From Phyllobates terribilis (taxonomy: Eukaryota), in contig NW_027368416.1 in NCBI RefSeq assembly GCF_046119375.1, forward strand, positions 1 through 50,033: a DNA stretch of 50,033 bases, in the 5' to 3' direction. The notes below the pieces were generated by a model. That model was given only the letters and a program-made list of their open reading frames with translations. It ran no database searches and was not told the origin of the DNA. This document shows, one piece after another, positions 35,685 through 46,593 of the stretch. Position 1 is the first letter of the stretch, and the number at the start of each line of letters is the position of its first letter. The position numbers and the translations under genes were made by a program.

Positions 35685-36265
35685 TGATTGGCGGCATTTC
35701 ATACATCATAAAGAGTGGAAACTATCATCAACTACAGGCGTACTAGGCCACATAAGGAGCATATTGTCGTGACCATGAATTTGTAAAGCAAAGAGTATAA
35801 ATACAAGGATTATGTGCACAAGGGAGAAGACGAGGAAGCCAAGGAGCGAACGCAAGTGAAGAAGAGATGTGAGAGGGGCACTTTCCCTATGCGCAACCGT
35901 GCCCTAGCTTGCGCGGCCAAGAAATGCAAGTCGCACAGTGGCGCGACCGCGCCACACATGACGCGCCCGCACACCACCTTCTGAGGACGGTGTGATCGCG
36001 CCTACAGAAACGCGTCTGTGCCTTCAGCCTTCACAGCGCCTCGAGAAGCCCTAGTTTCGGGTCATTAATTGGGCTTTCTACCTAGGTTTCATATGTATTT
36101 CGGGCTGGACATCCACGCACATCATTTAGGGTTTATCATTTATGTTTAAGTTAGTCTTTTCTTATAAATAGGGAAATCTTTTTCTCCACCCTAGTATCTC
36201 CTAATCCAATATACATTTCATTTTATGCTATTAGCAATGAGCCAGGAGTAATCTCCTTAGACTTT
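35685..36265 (+). repeat. B2 LTR 3, 5' half (duplicate copy 2)
   Basis: TGATTGGC start after the PPT; ends ACTTT; continues at 43548. Confidence 0.9.
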
Positions 36266-37796
36266 TGATAGGAGCTTATTATATGGTGTCAACTAGCGAC
36301 TATTAGCTTAGGATTAAAGGTGTTTAAATGCTTATCGAGTGGTTCCCGGTATCCGGTTTGGTGTTCATTTATGGATTTGCGGGATGCTCGTAAGAGGTAT
36401 TTTGTGGTTTTATCATGGAGATCCCGGTTGTGCTCACTTTTAGTGCATTCGGGATGGAGCTAGAGAGAAGGATACCACGCCTACACCCATGGAGAAGCCG
36501 AGAGGCGAAGCCGAGCTGCCTCGACGTTTGTAGAAGACCGAAGACCAGCTCGAGATAGGAAGTCACGACTGAGAGAAGGTGTCGCGATCGAGATCAAGCC
36601 CCAGAGAAGAATTCACGACCGAGACCTACATGTCGCGATCAAGACTTAGCCTCAGTTGGCTTGTCATGACCGAGACCACCCTGTCGCGATCGCAACCTTA
36701 CACCGACTTGGGAACTGAGGCCATATCGCGATCGCGACCTACATGTCTTGATCGCGACAACGGAAACGAACGACCCAAAACGAAGATTTTATCCGAGATT
36801 AGATTAGTTCTTCCACATCATTTTATTTATTTTGATTACTAATATTTCCCTTTTACTAGATACTATATAAGCCTTTAGAAATTATGTTAGAAGGACCTTT
36901 GATTCTTTTTCCAACTTCATCCTTAGAAATTCAGCAGCCAAGAAGAAAGTTTCCACCTTTGTTCCACTTTCATCATCCTCCCTGGTTTGTTTTCATCATT
37001 ATTATGTATTGCTTTCGATTGGCTTTGTCTGGCTAAGATCCTTCTAGTTCACTCTTAGGTTGAAGCCATTATTCTAGGAAACATTTATGAGAATTCTTAT
37101 GTTTATGTTTTAAGTTTAATTTCAGGATTGTTTTATGATCTCTTGTGCTTTATTGATTATTGATTGATCTTGTTTTATCTAGGTTGCAAACTAGGTTGAT
37201 TAATTATCCATCATATTGCAAGACTTGATAATTCGATTTGAAATGGCTTGTCTTTTAGGTAGCAATCAAAATTTGCATAGATTATTTGCGAGTGTTTATT
37301 TTGTAGAGATTATAAACCTGTGTTGAGTATAGGTGATTTGCCAATGGTATTGCATAGGCCTACTTATCTTTGATCTTTATGTTTTTGTGCTTTTGAACCT
37401 TGGGATTTCCTTGGTTATTGCTTACATTAAGGGTTTCTAGGACTATTTGGACTAGATGCTATTTACGAACAAAGAGTAGGACAACTGGATTAGATAATTA
37501 AGAATATAGGGTTAATAGAATTCGATGATCAACATTCCAACAGAATAATGCGCTGATGCTAAAGGAGTGAGCTTTCCATCATTATTGTTTACAAACTCAA
37601 CGTTATTTGCTTTATAATTGCTAGTTTAGGATTACAATCAAAAAAACCCAATTTGTTACTACTAGGTAGCACCAATAGAAATAAACTATCGTTCTGGCTC
37701 TCTTGGGATTCGACCACTTCTTACCGCTTTACTAGTGGATTTATTAAGTTGGGTATCTTTGATAGAAACAACGACCGTTTTGCACCTGTCAAATTT

Positions 37797-37814
37797 TGGC
37801 GCCGTTGCCGGGGA
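37797..37814 (+). promoter_or_regulatory. A3 PBS, tRNA-Asp
   Basis: TGGCGCCGTTGCCGGGGA = 18-nt complement of the plant tRNA-Asp(GUC) 3' end (from memory of that tRNA); AATTT spacer after the LTR, the Athila pattern. Confidence 0.92.
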
Positions 37815-37869
37815 GCCAACTATTTAATTTATTTCTTTTTGTGTTACTATTCTGGTATGGACCTATCTT

Positions 37870-40494
37870 ATGGTCCACACTTGCGCTACTAATTCAGATT
37901 TGCTTGATTTCATTCCAGAGATAGAGCGACGCACCTACGCAACCTGCAACAATCTCTACAGAATCTAGTAATCAAATCGATGGCTGGAAGAAAGTTGCGA
38001 GAGCTTACAGACCCAGATCTGATGCAACAACACTTAGGAGTGACGTTGCCTGCCTGAATGCTGGGGTTACATTTAAGTTAAAGACTGGTTTCATCAACCT
38101 GCTACCAAAGTTCCATGGCCTGGTTGGGGAAGACCCGATTATGCATCTTAGTGAGTTCCACGACATCTGCATCTGCAGTAAGCCGAGTAATGTCACCGAC
38201 GAGCAGATTAAGATGAGAGCCTTTGGTCTTACATTGAAGGACAGCGCGTGTCAATGGTATTATTTTCTACCCACCGGAAGTATCGACACTTGGGATAAGC
38301 TACACAAAGCCTTCCTCAGTAAGTATTTCCCATCCAAGAAGGTGGTTGCGTGGAAAAGGGTGATTGCTATGGTGGAGCAACACGATGATGATTCGTTGTA
38401 TGACTATGTGGAAAGATTCGCGAGATTATGTGCTAGCTGCCCATTCCATGGGTTTGAGGAGAAAGATTTGGTAACCCACCTTTACAATGGGTTACTCGAC
38501 AATGAGAGAAGGTTAGTGGACGATGCGTGTAACATGAGTGTACTGAATTTGAGTCCTGCCGAAGCCAGAGCCCGACTAAATGAGATTGCTGAGGGAATGA
38601 GAAGTTTCGGAAGGACGTACACGAGGAAAGGAGCAAACGCTGTGAATTCCCGAGAGCCCGGATGGAAGGATGAGATAGCTGAATTGAAAAGTATGATCAA
38701 GAACATCACCTTTGGAAATCAGAAACCTACGAGACTATGTGGCATTTGTGCGGACGAGAGCCATCCTACCGATATCTGCCCGCAACTCCAGGACCAAACC
38801 ATCGCTGAAGTACATGATATAGGAGGTTTTAGACCTCCTAGACCTCGGTATGAGAACAACAACAACAACTACAACCAGCGAGAATATAACAACTATAATC
38901 CGAGAGGTAATGATCACCCTGGTTTTTGATGGAGCGACCCGGCTGGGGGGCAGAATAGACAATATCAATACAACAACCAGTACCGTGCTCCATACCCACT
39001 GAAATTCGAAGAACCATCTATGGAGGAAATTCTCAAGTCCTTGACCAAACACTTCACCGCTCATGTTCAAACAACCGAATCGAGCATAAGAAGTCTAGAG
39101 AAATAGGCCACAGAGATAGCGGAGGCGGTTAATAATCTGCAACAGCAGAGTTTGGGAAAGCTACCATCACAAATTATTGCAGCTTCGAGAGAAAATGTGA
39201 GTTCCATTATGATACGAGGTGGACAAGCTCTCGATGAAAAGGTAGAAGACGAGATGCTGAGAAAGGAGGCTGAATATTTTTCACGACCGAGACAAGAAGG
39301 TCGCGATCAAGATTCGGCCACAGAGAAGGTTCCTGAGCTGATGTCATGATCGAGACAGGAAGATCGCGACCAAGATTTGGCCCCAGTAGAGATGTCGCGA
39401 TCGCGACAGGCACATCACGACCGAGATGACGGTACTCCAGTTTCCAAAAAAAAGATCGAAAAGGATCACGATCGTGACACAATGTCAGGATCGCGACTTA
39501 GCCCCAGTTTACCCCATCACGATTGTGAACCACCTCGACCGCGACCAAGTGCTGATGTCTGTGACGACAAGGAAATCATTGAACACTCAGTAAGTGTAAG
39601 GTGAATATCCCTCTGCTCAAACTCATCAAGAGTGTTCCTCATTATGCTACACATTTAAAGGAGCTCTGCACTAAGAAGAGAAGTCAGAAGCTGCAAGGAA
39701 GGCAGAAGGTTCAGGTCAGTGAAAGAGTTTTTACGGCCATCCAACGAAAGATAGCTACCAAGCGTTCAGACCCAGGGATGGTGAGTATCCCCTGCACTAT
39801 AGGTAAAACAAAAATTGATAGGTCCATGCTAGATTTAGGTGCTTCTATTAATGTTTTTCCATACTCATTGTACAAATCATTAGAATAAGGACCAATGAGT
39901 AAAACAGGGGTTGTGCTTCAGCTAGCTGACGGGTTTACGATTTACCCGAAAGGGTTAGTAGAAGATGTGTTGGTTATGGTAGAGGACCTTATATTTCATG
40001 CGGATTTTTATGTGCTAGATGATAATCATGATACGCAGGCTACACCTGTCCTTCTAGGTAGACCCTTCATGCGGACAGCTAAAACTAAGCTAGATCTAGA
40101 TACCGGGGCGCTTACGCTCGAGTTTGACGGGGATGTTGTCAATTTAAATATATATGAGACTACGAAACAATCCCTGGATGATGGCTTGGTATTTTGTATT
40201 AATGATGTTATTAAAACCCCCGAACTAGGCTGGAATGCTGTTTTGGGCAGTAGCCCCACCTCACTAACCACACAGGGAAAGAAACCTGCTAAAGTTGTTG
40301 TGCAGGTTACGAAGAAAGCAAAAACAATGACCCAGGGTAAGTCTAAGTGTGGGGAGAGTAAGGAGAAAAATAAACCCAAGCAAAAATGGGTGGTTAAGGA
40401 AGAGAATGGTCTAAGGTTCAAACCTTTCCATTCGTGGTTAAAAAAGCTGCTGTTAGATGATGCGATTCGGAAGGGATCAAAAAACGATGGTTGA
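37870..40494 (+). pseudogene. gag: A3 gag-protease with C-terminal tail
   Basis: ORFs 38141-38929 (Gag core + CGICADESHPTDIC), 39601-39888 (SMLDLGASINV), 39895-40494 (AP C-half continuing to ...EENGLRFKPFHSW...NDG*). Confidence 0.92.
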
Positions 40495-42018
40495 GTCATT
40501 CTATGTCGTGCCGCGACGTTAACTGAGGAGCTGATCGGGAGGCAACCCGAGGGAGGAGTACTAATGTTTCTCCCATTATTGTGTTGTTTTTGTGTTCTTT
40601 TTCAGGAAAATCACGGGAGCTAGCAGGTAGGAAGCCATTGGAGAAGTAAAACCGATACAACCACCCGAACTCACCCATGTCGCGATCGTGACTAATGCAT
40701 CACGATAGAGAGTTTGTCCCAGTAGAGATCTCACGATCGCGACATACACATCACGACCGCGACACGGCACCAGCCTTTGCTCAATTCGTACGATGACGAT
40801 GATGTTTGATCGGGGTGTTTTCTTCCTCTTCCCTTTTTAGGAGTCCTCTTTTTCTGCATTGAGGACAATGCGCTATTCAAGTGTGGGGAGAGGATTTGAC
40901 GTGCCGAGGAGTTCTATTACGTTGTTCTTAGTGTTTTTGCTATGTTTTGAGTCTATCTGTTGATGTGTTTTGCTGTTTTTTCCCAGTTATCGTGTCTGTA
41001 CCGGATTTGTCTTTTTTGAACTCTTGCATCGTTTTGTTTTATGGAAAAATTTAAATAAAAAATCAGAAACCCTGGAGAGTAAAAAGTGAATGAATCGAAA
41101 AGGGGGGCTCCAACAAAAAAATATGAAAAATATAAAAAATTAAAAATAAAAAGAATAAAAACCAGGAAGTAAAAAAAGATTAAAAAGGAAAAGGTGGGTG
41201 CCTTAAAAATAAAAAATAAGAGAAGAAAAAGAAAGAGTTCCTACCACTTTGAATTTTGGTGAAAACCTGAAAGGGCGCCGGAATTACATTGTTTGTGATT
41301 GATTCTATTGATTGCATCATTTATTTGCGTCGGAGACATAAGAAGGGAGTTGAAGGATTGTCTCAGGTTTTAGGATTCACCAAGGAGTGATAAGAAGTTA
41401 GTTTTTGGCCTATTATATCTTTGTTTATTAGCTTATTATTATCCACACTTTGCATGCTCACCATTTAACTAGTTCAGGAGATTTGTTACACATTATTTGC
41501 GGTTGTGTTAGATTCTAGGATTAGATTTTATTTCTTGGAGTTTGATGCATATTGTTGTGGTTGTGCTATGCAGATTTTTGAATTAGGATTGGTGGTTGTG
41601 ATGTATGGATTGATTATATTGACTAGTGGTTTAGGACATTAATTGAATAGGAGGAATAATAAGTGTATAAGCGAGTGGGAGACTCGATTTTATCTTCATT
41701 ATCATATATTTATGTACCCTTACCCTTAGAGGAGATTAGGAGTCCACTTGTGCTTTAACACACACCACTTGGTTCGATATTACTATTGTTACGGAGTGGT
41801 GACATATGAAGTGGAGAAATATGGAGGGTTTTGAGTAGGACATCTCGGAGACATAAGAAGATAGATCGGAGTTAGGTTAGTGCTCGTTTACACTTGGAGT
41901 TTGAAGTATAGTCGCTAGCAAGCTGTCTCTACACTTACTATAGACCTTTGTGCTTTTAGGAGGAGTGAGTTTTGTTTTGCTTACTCGAGGACGAGCAAGG
42001 TTTAAGGGTGGGGAAGTT

Positions 42019-43542
42019 TGATAGGAGCTTATTATATGGTGTTAACTTGCGACTATTAGCTTAGGATTAGTGGTGTTTAGGTGCTTATCGAGTGGTATTC
42101 CCGGAATCCGGTTTGGTGTTCATTTATGGATTTGTGGGATGCTCGTAAGCGGTATTTTGTGGTTTTATCACGGAGATCCCGGTTGTGCTCACTTTAATGC
42201 ATTCTGGATGGAGCTAGAGAAAAGGATACCACGCCTACACCCATGGAGAAGCCGAGAGGCAAAGCCGAGCAGCCTTGGCGCTTGTAGAAGACCAAAGACC
42301 AACTCGAGGTAGGAAGTCACGACCGAGAGAAGGTGTCGCGAACGAGATCCATCCCCAGAGAAGAAGTCATGACTGAGACCTACATGTCGCGATCGAGACT
42401 TAGCCTTAGTTGGCTTGTCGCGACCGAGACCACCCTGTCGCGGTCGCGACCTTACTCCGACCTGGGAACTGAGGCCATATTGTGATCACGACCTACTTGT
42501 CTCGATCGCGACAACGGAAACGGACGGCCCAAAACGAAGATTTTATCCGAGATTCTGATTAGTGTTTCCACATCTTTTTAGTTATGTTGATTATTAATAT
42601 TTCTCTTTTACTAGATACTATATAAGCCTTTAGAAATTAGGTTAGAAGGACCTTTGATTCTTTTTCCAACTTCATCCTTAGAAATTCAGCAGAATAAAGC
42701 TTCCACCTTTGTTCCACTTTCATCATCCTCCCTGATTTCTTTTCATCATTATTATGTATTGCTTTCAATTGGCTATGTCTGGCTAAGATCCTTCTAGTTC
42801 ACTCTTAGGTTGAAGCCATTATTCTAGGAAAAGTTTGTGAGAATTCTTATGTTTATGTTTTAAGTTTAATTTCAGGATTGTTTTTATGATCTCTTGTGCT
42901 TTATTGATCACTGACTGATCTTGATTTTATCTGGGTTGCAAACTAGGTTGATTAATTATCCATCATATTGCTAGGCTTGATAATTTGATTTGAAAAGTCT
43001 TGTCTTTTAGGTAGCAATCAGAATTTCCATAGACTGCTTGCGAGTGCTTATTTTGTAGAGATTATAAACCTGTGTCGAGTATCGGTGATTTGCCAATGGT
43101 ATTGCATAGGCCTACTTATCTTTGATCTTTATGTTGTTGTTCTTTTGAACCTTGGGATTTCCTTGGTTATTGCTTACAATAAGGGTTTCTATGACTATTT
43201 GGACTAGTTGTTATTTATGAACAAAGAGTAGGACAACTGGATTAGATAATTAAGAATATAGGATTAATAGAATTCGATGATCAACATTCCAACAGAATAA
43301 TGCGCTGATGCTAAAGGAGTGAGCTTTCCATCATTATTGTTTACAAACTCGACATTATTTTCTTTATAACTGCTAGTTTAGGATTACAATCAAAAACCTC
43401 CAATTGTTACTACTAGGTAGCACCAATAGAAATAAACTATCGTTCTGGATCTCTTGGGATTCGACCCCTTCTTACCGCTTTACTAGTGGATTTATTAAGT
43501 TGGGTATCTTTGATAGGAACAATGACCGTTTTACGCCTGTCA
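42019..43542 (+). repeat. A3 3' LTR
   Basis: TGATAGGAGCTT ... TACGCCTGTCA. Confidence 0.93.
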
Positions 43543-43547
43543 ACTAT

Positions 43548-44265
43548 GTATAGTTAGGTTTGAACTCCTAGGCTTATTCAATGTGTGGTTTTTATACTTG
43601 GTTCTTAATGTTATTATGTCTCTATTTTCTTTAATCTCTTGCGCGTAATATCTATTGAATTGAATATATTTTCTAGATTGATCACCTAAGTTGTTTCGTT
43701 CGATTTAATATTGATAGGGCCTGGTTTATCCTAGTTGGATAACCTTGCCTGCTTAGTGGTACTAATCTCTACTTGGACTAGTTGGACTTGAAGGATAGGG
43801 AGATTAATGAGGTATAGGCGTCAAGGGCAATATACCTTCCTATTTATTCATGAACTTAATGTTGCCTAGGAGTTAGTATTGATAGTTTCAATGCTAGTTT
43901 GGTAGGTAAGACGATGCTAGGACTAGTTGACCTAACTAGAAATATTAGTACATGGATTAGGGCAATTTAGAAGACATATAAGAATTAGGAATAGAGATAG
44001 AACCTGAATAGAAGGAACCTAGGACCATTGAATTAGGCTAGTATGTTAGACCAACCATATGAAGTGTTCATCCCATTTAATCAAAACAAACAAAACAGTT
44101 TTCATAATCCCCCATTTCGTTACTTTTTATTAGTTAGTCTTTCTAATATCATAAGAATTGATTAGCTTCGGTTCCTTGTGGGATTCAACCCCGACTTGCC
44201 ACTCTAATTTAGTAGAGGAGTGAGAAGGGATTACTTTGATTGAGGGCCTGAAAACCTCTCTGTCA
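43548..44265 (+). repeat. B2 LTR 3, 3' half
   Basis: Matches 22752-23465; ends CTCTCTGTCA; not followed by a PBS. Confidence 0.9.
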
Positions 44266-44270
44266 TCCTA

Positions 44271-45305
44271 GCATATCCCTGCATTTGAAATTTTGAGTCA
44301 AATTTCCCCTTTTGTTGAAATTTGAATTTTTAAGAGTCGGTACCGTTAGTTTTTCATCTTGTTTGTGACGGTGTGAACATTGACAAAGATGCATGATCTT
44401 AAATTTTTCTTACTATACCTTAGATGTTAATATTTCAAGTATGTGTAGTGAGGAAATGTTGGATTAAGTAGTGGACATAGGCTCGAGCATGTGGAGTATG
44501 ACTAGGATGCGCTAGCACCTTATTTAGATTGCATAATCACCACCTTTTCTTTTGTTTGTCGTTATGTCATAATAATTTATTCTCATTCTTTTTACAAGTA
44601 AAATAAATAACAAAAGTATAAAGGTAGTGAGTTCCAAGTAAAAGAAAGTTGGAAGAGCACACGATGCCCAAGGTGTGAAATAGAACCAAGGGATCGATCC
44701 TCCATTATCTATTAAGCAAAGAGTATCACAACAGCCTGGACAATAATGGATAGGTTTTACCTAGAAAAAAAATATAATTTGGTCTGGATCATAAAATGGA
44801 CGGACCATGCACCCAAAATGTAAAGGTGTAAAAATGTAATAGGATAAAGGGAGCATGGAAAAATGCATGTGGTATAACTTGAGTGAAGTGTGGTTAATGG
44901 TTTTTTCAGCAATTTTGGAACTTGTGCAGAATTATCATAAGTAAAGCATGTTAGGACAAGCTCTAGTCGCTTATTTAAAACTTTGTAGTTCACATTTATA
45001 TGTCACTTGGATAAAGACATATTCGGTATAGCGTGGAGTTTTAGGTGATCGCATTTGCATTGAGGTAAACATAGTACAAATCTTGGGGGATACTTGGTGC
45101 CATCGTTAGAATCTAGGAAGTTAATTTGAATTGCTTTGAAGTTTTGTTCTAGAGTCAGAATCTACGCCCGTTATTTTATAATTCTAGGTACCATGAGCTA
45201 GAAGTTGATCAATGACCACTCTGATTGTGCCATCCGTAATCACTGAGCCCGCCAAGAGTTAGTTGCAAATTACTCGAGGAAGAGCAAAATTCAAGTGTGG
45301 GGGTA
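44271..45305 (+). mobile_element. B1 3' non-coding region and PPT
   Basis: Homologous to 26521-27562; ends AAGTGTGGGGGTA. Confidence 0.88.
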
Positions 45306-46588
45306 TGAATGGCAGCATCTCGTACATCATAAACAGTGGAAATTAGCATCAACTACAGGCATAATAGGCCACAAATGGAGCATACCATCGTATTCATGAA
45401 TTCGTGGAACAAAGTGTCTATATACGAGGATTACGTGCACAAGGGAGAAGACGCGGATGGAGAAGAGCAAGCAAGCGCCAAGAAGAGACATAAGAAGGCC
45501 AATTTGCCCTGGGTGCGACCGTGCCCTAGGACGCGCAGCCAAGCTAAGGCAATCGCCCAGTGGTGCGACCACACCACACACGACACGCCCTAGCCACTAG
45601 AGGGCGGTGCAATCGCGCCAACAGAAGCGCGCCCGCGTCTTCATCCTCCCCTGCGCCGTGAGAAACCCTAATTTCGGGAGCTTAAGTGGGCTTTCTACCA
45701 AGATTTTTCTATAGTTTTGGGTTGGTCTTCCACACACTTTATTCTATGGTTTTCTTTAGGTTAAGCATTGTCATCTCTTATAAATAGGGAGAGATTTACC
45801 TCCAACCTAAGCATCCAAAAATTAATACATATTTCATATTACGTTATTAGCAATGAGCCAGGAGTAGTCTCCTAACACTTTGTATGGTTGGTTCGAGCCT
45901 GTAGGCTGATTCAATGTGAGATTTATATCTTTGGTTCTATTATTATTATGTCTCTATTGCTTTAATCTCTTCCGCGTATTTATCTATTGAATTGAATCTA
46001 CTATCTAGATTTATCACCTTGGTTGTTTAGTTCAATTTCATGTAGCTAGGCCCTGGTTTATCCTAGTTGGAGAACCTTGCCTACTTAGTGGAACAAAACT
46101 CTACTTGGACTTGGAGGATGTGGAGATTAATGACGTGTAGGCACGAAGGGCAATATACTTTTCTATTTATTCATGAACTTAATGCTGCCTAGGAGTTAGT
46201 CTTGATACTTTCAGGGCTAGGTTGGTATGCAAGATGCTATTAGGACATGTTGACCTAATTAGCAACTCTAGTACATGGATTAGGGCAATTTATAGGACAT
46301 ATAAGAATTAGGAATAGAGATAGAACCCCAATAGAAGGAACCTAGGACCATTGAATCATGCTAGTAGGTTAGACTAACCATATGAAGTGCTCATCCCATT
46401 TAATTAAAACAAAAAAAACAGTTTTCCAAATCCCCCCGTTAGTTACTTTTCATTAGTTGGTCTTTATAATATCATACAAATTGATTGTTTCGGTTCCCTG
46501 TGGGATTCGACCCCAACTTTCCACTCTACTTTAGTAGAGGAGTTTGAAGGGATTATTTTGACCTGACAGTCTAACGACACGTCAGTCA
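45306..46588 (+). repeat. B1 3' LTR
   Basis: TGAATGGC ... CGTCAGTCA; TATAAATAGGG at ~45780; followed by TSD AGTAT. Confidence 0.9.
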
Positions 46589-46593
46589 AGTAT

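Larger units (their letters stand above)
25056..41244 (+). repeat. Tandem segmental duplication, two ~8.1 kb units (25056-33156 and 33157-41244)
   Basis: Same order in both units (B linker-AP-3' region, B LTR 5' half, A LTR, A gag-AP, A 3' region). Identical B-LTR/A junction CTCCTTAGACTTT|TGATAGGAG at 28175 and 36266; offsets 8090-8122 bp. Confidence 0.93.
36266..43542 (+). mobile_element. A3: structurally complete non-autonomous Athila-like element (7277 bp)
   Basis: LTRs 36266-37791 and 42019-43542; PBS 37797-37814; PPT AAGGGTGGGGAAGTT before 42019; TSD ACTTT (36261-36265) / ACTAT (43543-43547); the B LTR resumes with GTATAGTTAGG. Confidence 0.93.
16903..44265 (+). mobile_element. B2: tandem LTR-internal-LTR-internal-LTR array of family B inserted in B1
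   Basis: Removing it restores the B consensus GAA(T)TAGCCTC|GCATATCCCTGCATTT; degenerate TSD GCCTC (16898-16902) / TCCTA (44266-44270). Confidence 0.82.
14592..46588 (+). mobile_element. B1: non-autonomous Athila-like element hosting a 27 kb nested stack
   Basis: TSD AGTGT (14587-14591) / AGTAT (46589-46593). The LTRs at 14592 and 45306 share subfamily-specific segments (GAGACA(C/T)AAGAAGG, TAAGGCAATC, GGGAGCTTAAGT) absent from the other B LTRs. Host gag rejoins in frame. Confidence 0.88.

Noticed and set aside
37797-37814. tRNA gene
   Set aside because: Only the 18-nt complement of a tRNA 3' end (PBS); no cloverleaf or A/B boxes.
40920-41240. T-rich then A-rich low-complexity block (also 5380-5640, 32840-33150) as a separate repeat or MITE
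   Set aside because: Part of the family A 3' non-coding region in all three copies; no TIR or TSD.
25056-41244. Assembly artefact explaining the 8.1 kb duplication
   Set aside because: The copies differ by many substitutions and private indels, such as the 30-bp duplication at 27794-27853 absent from the second copy.
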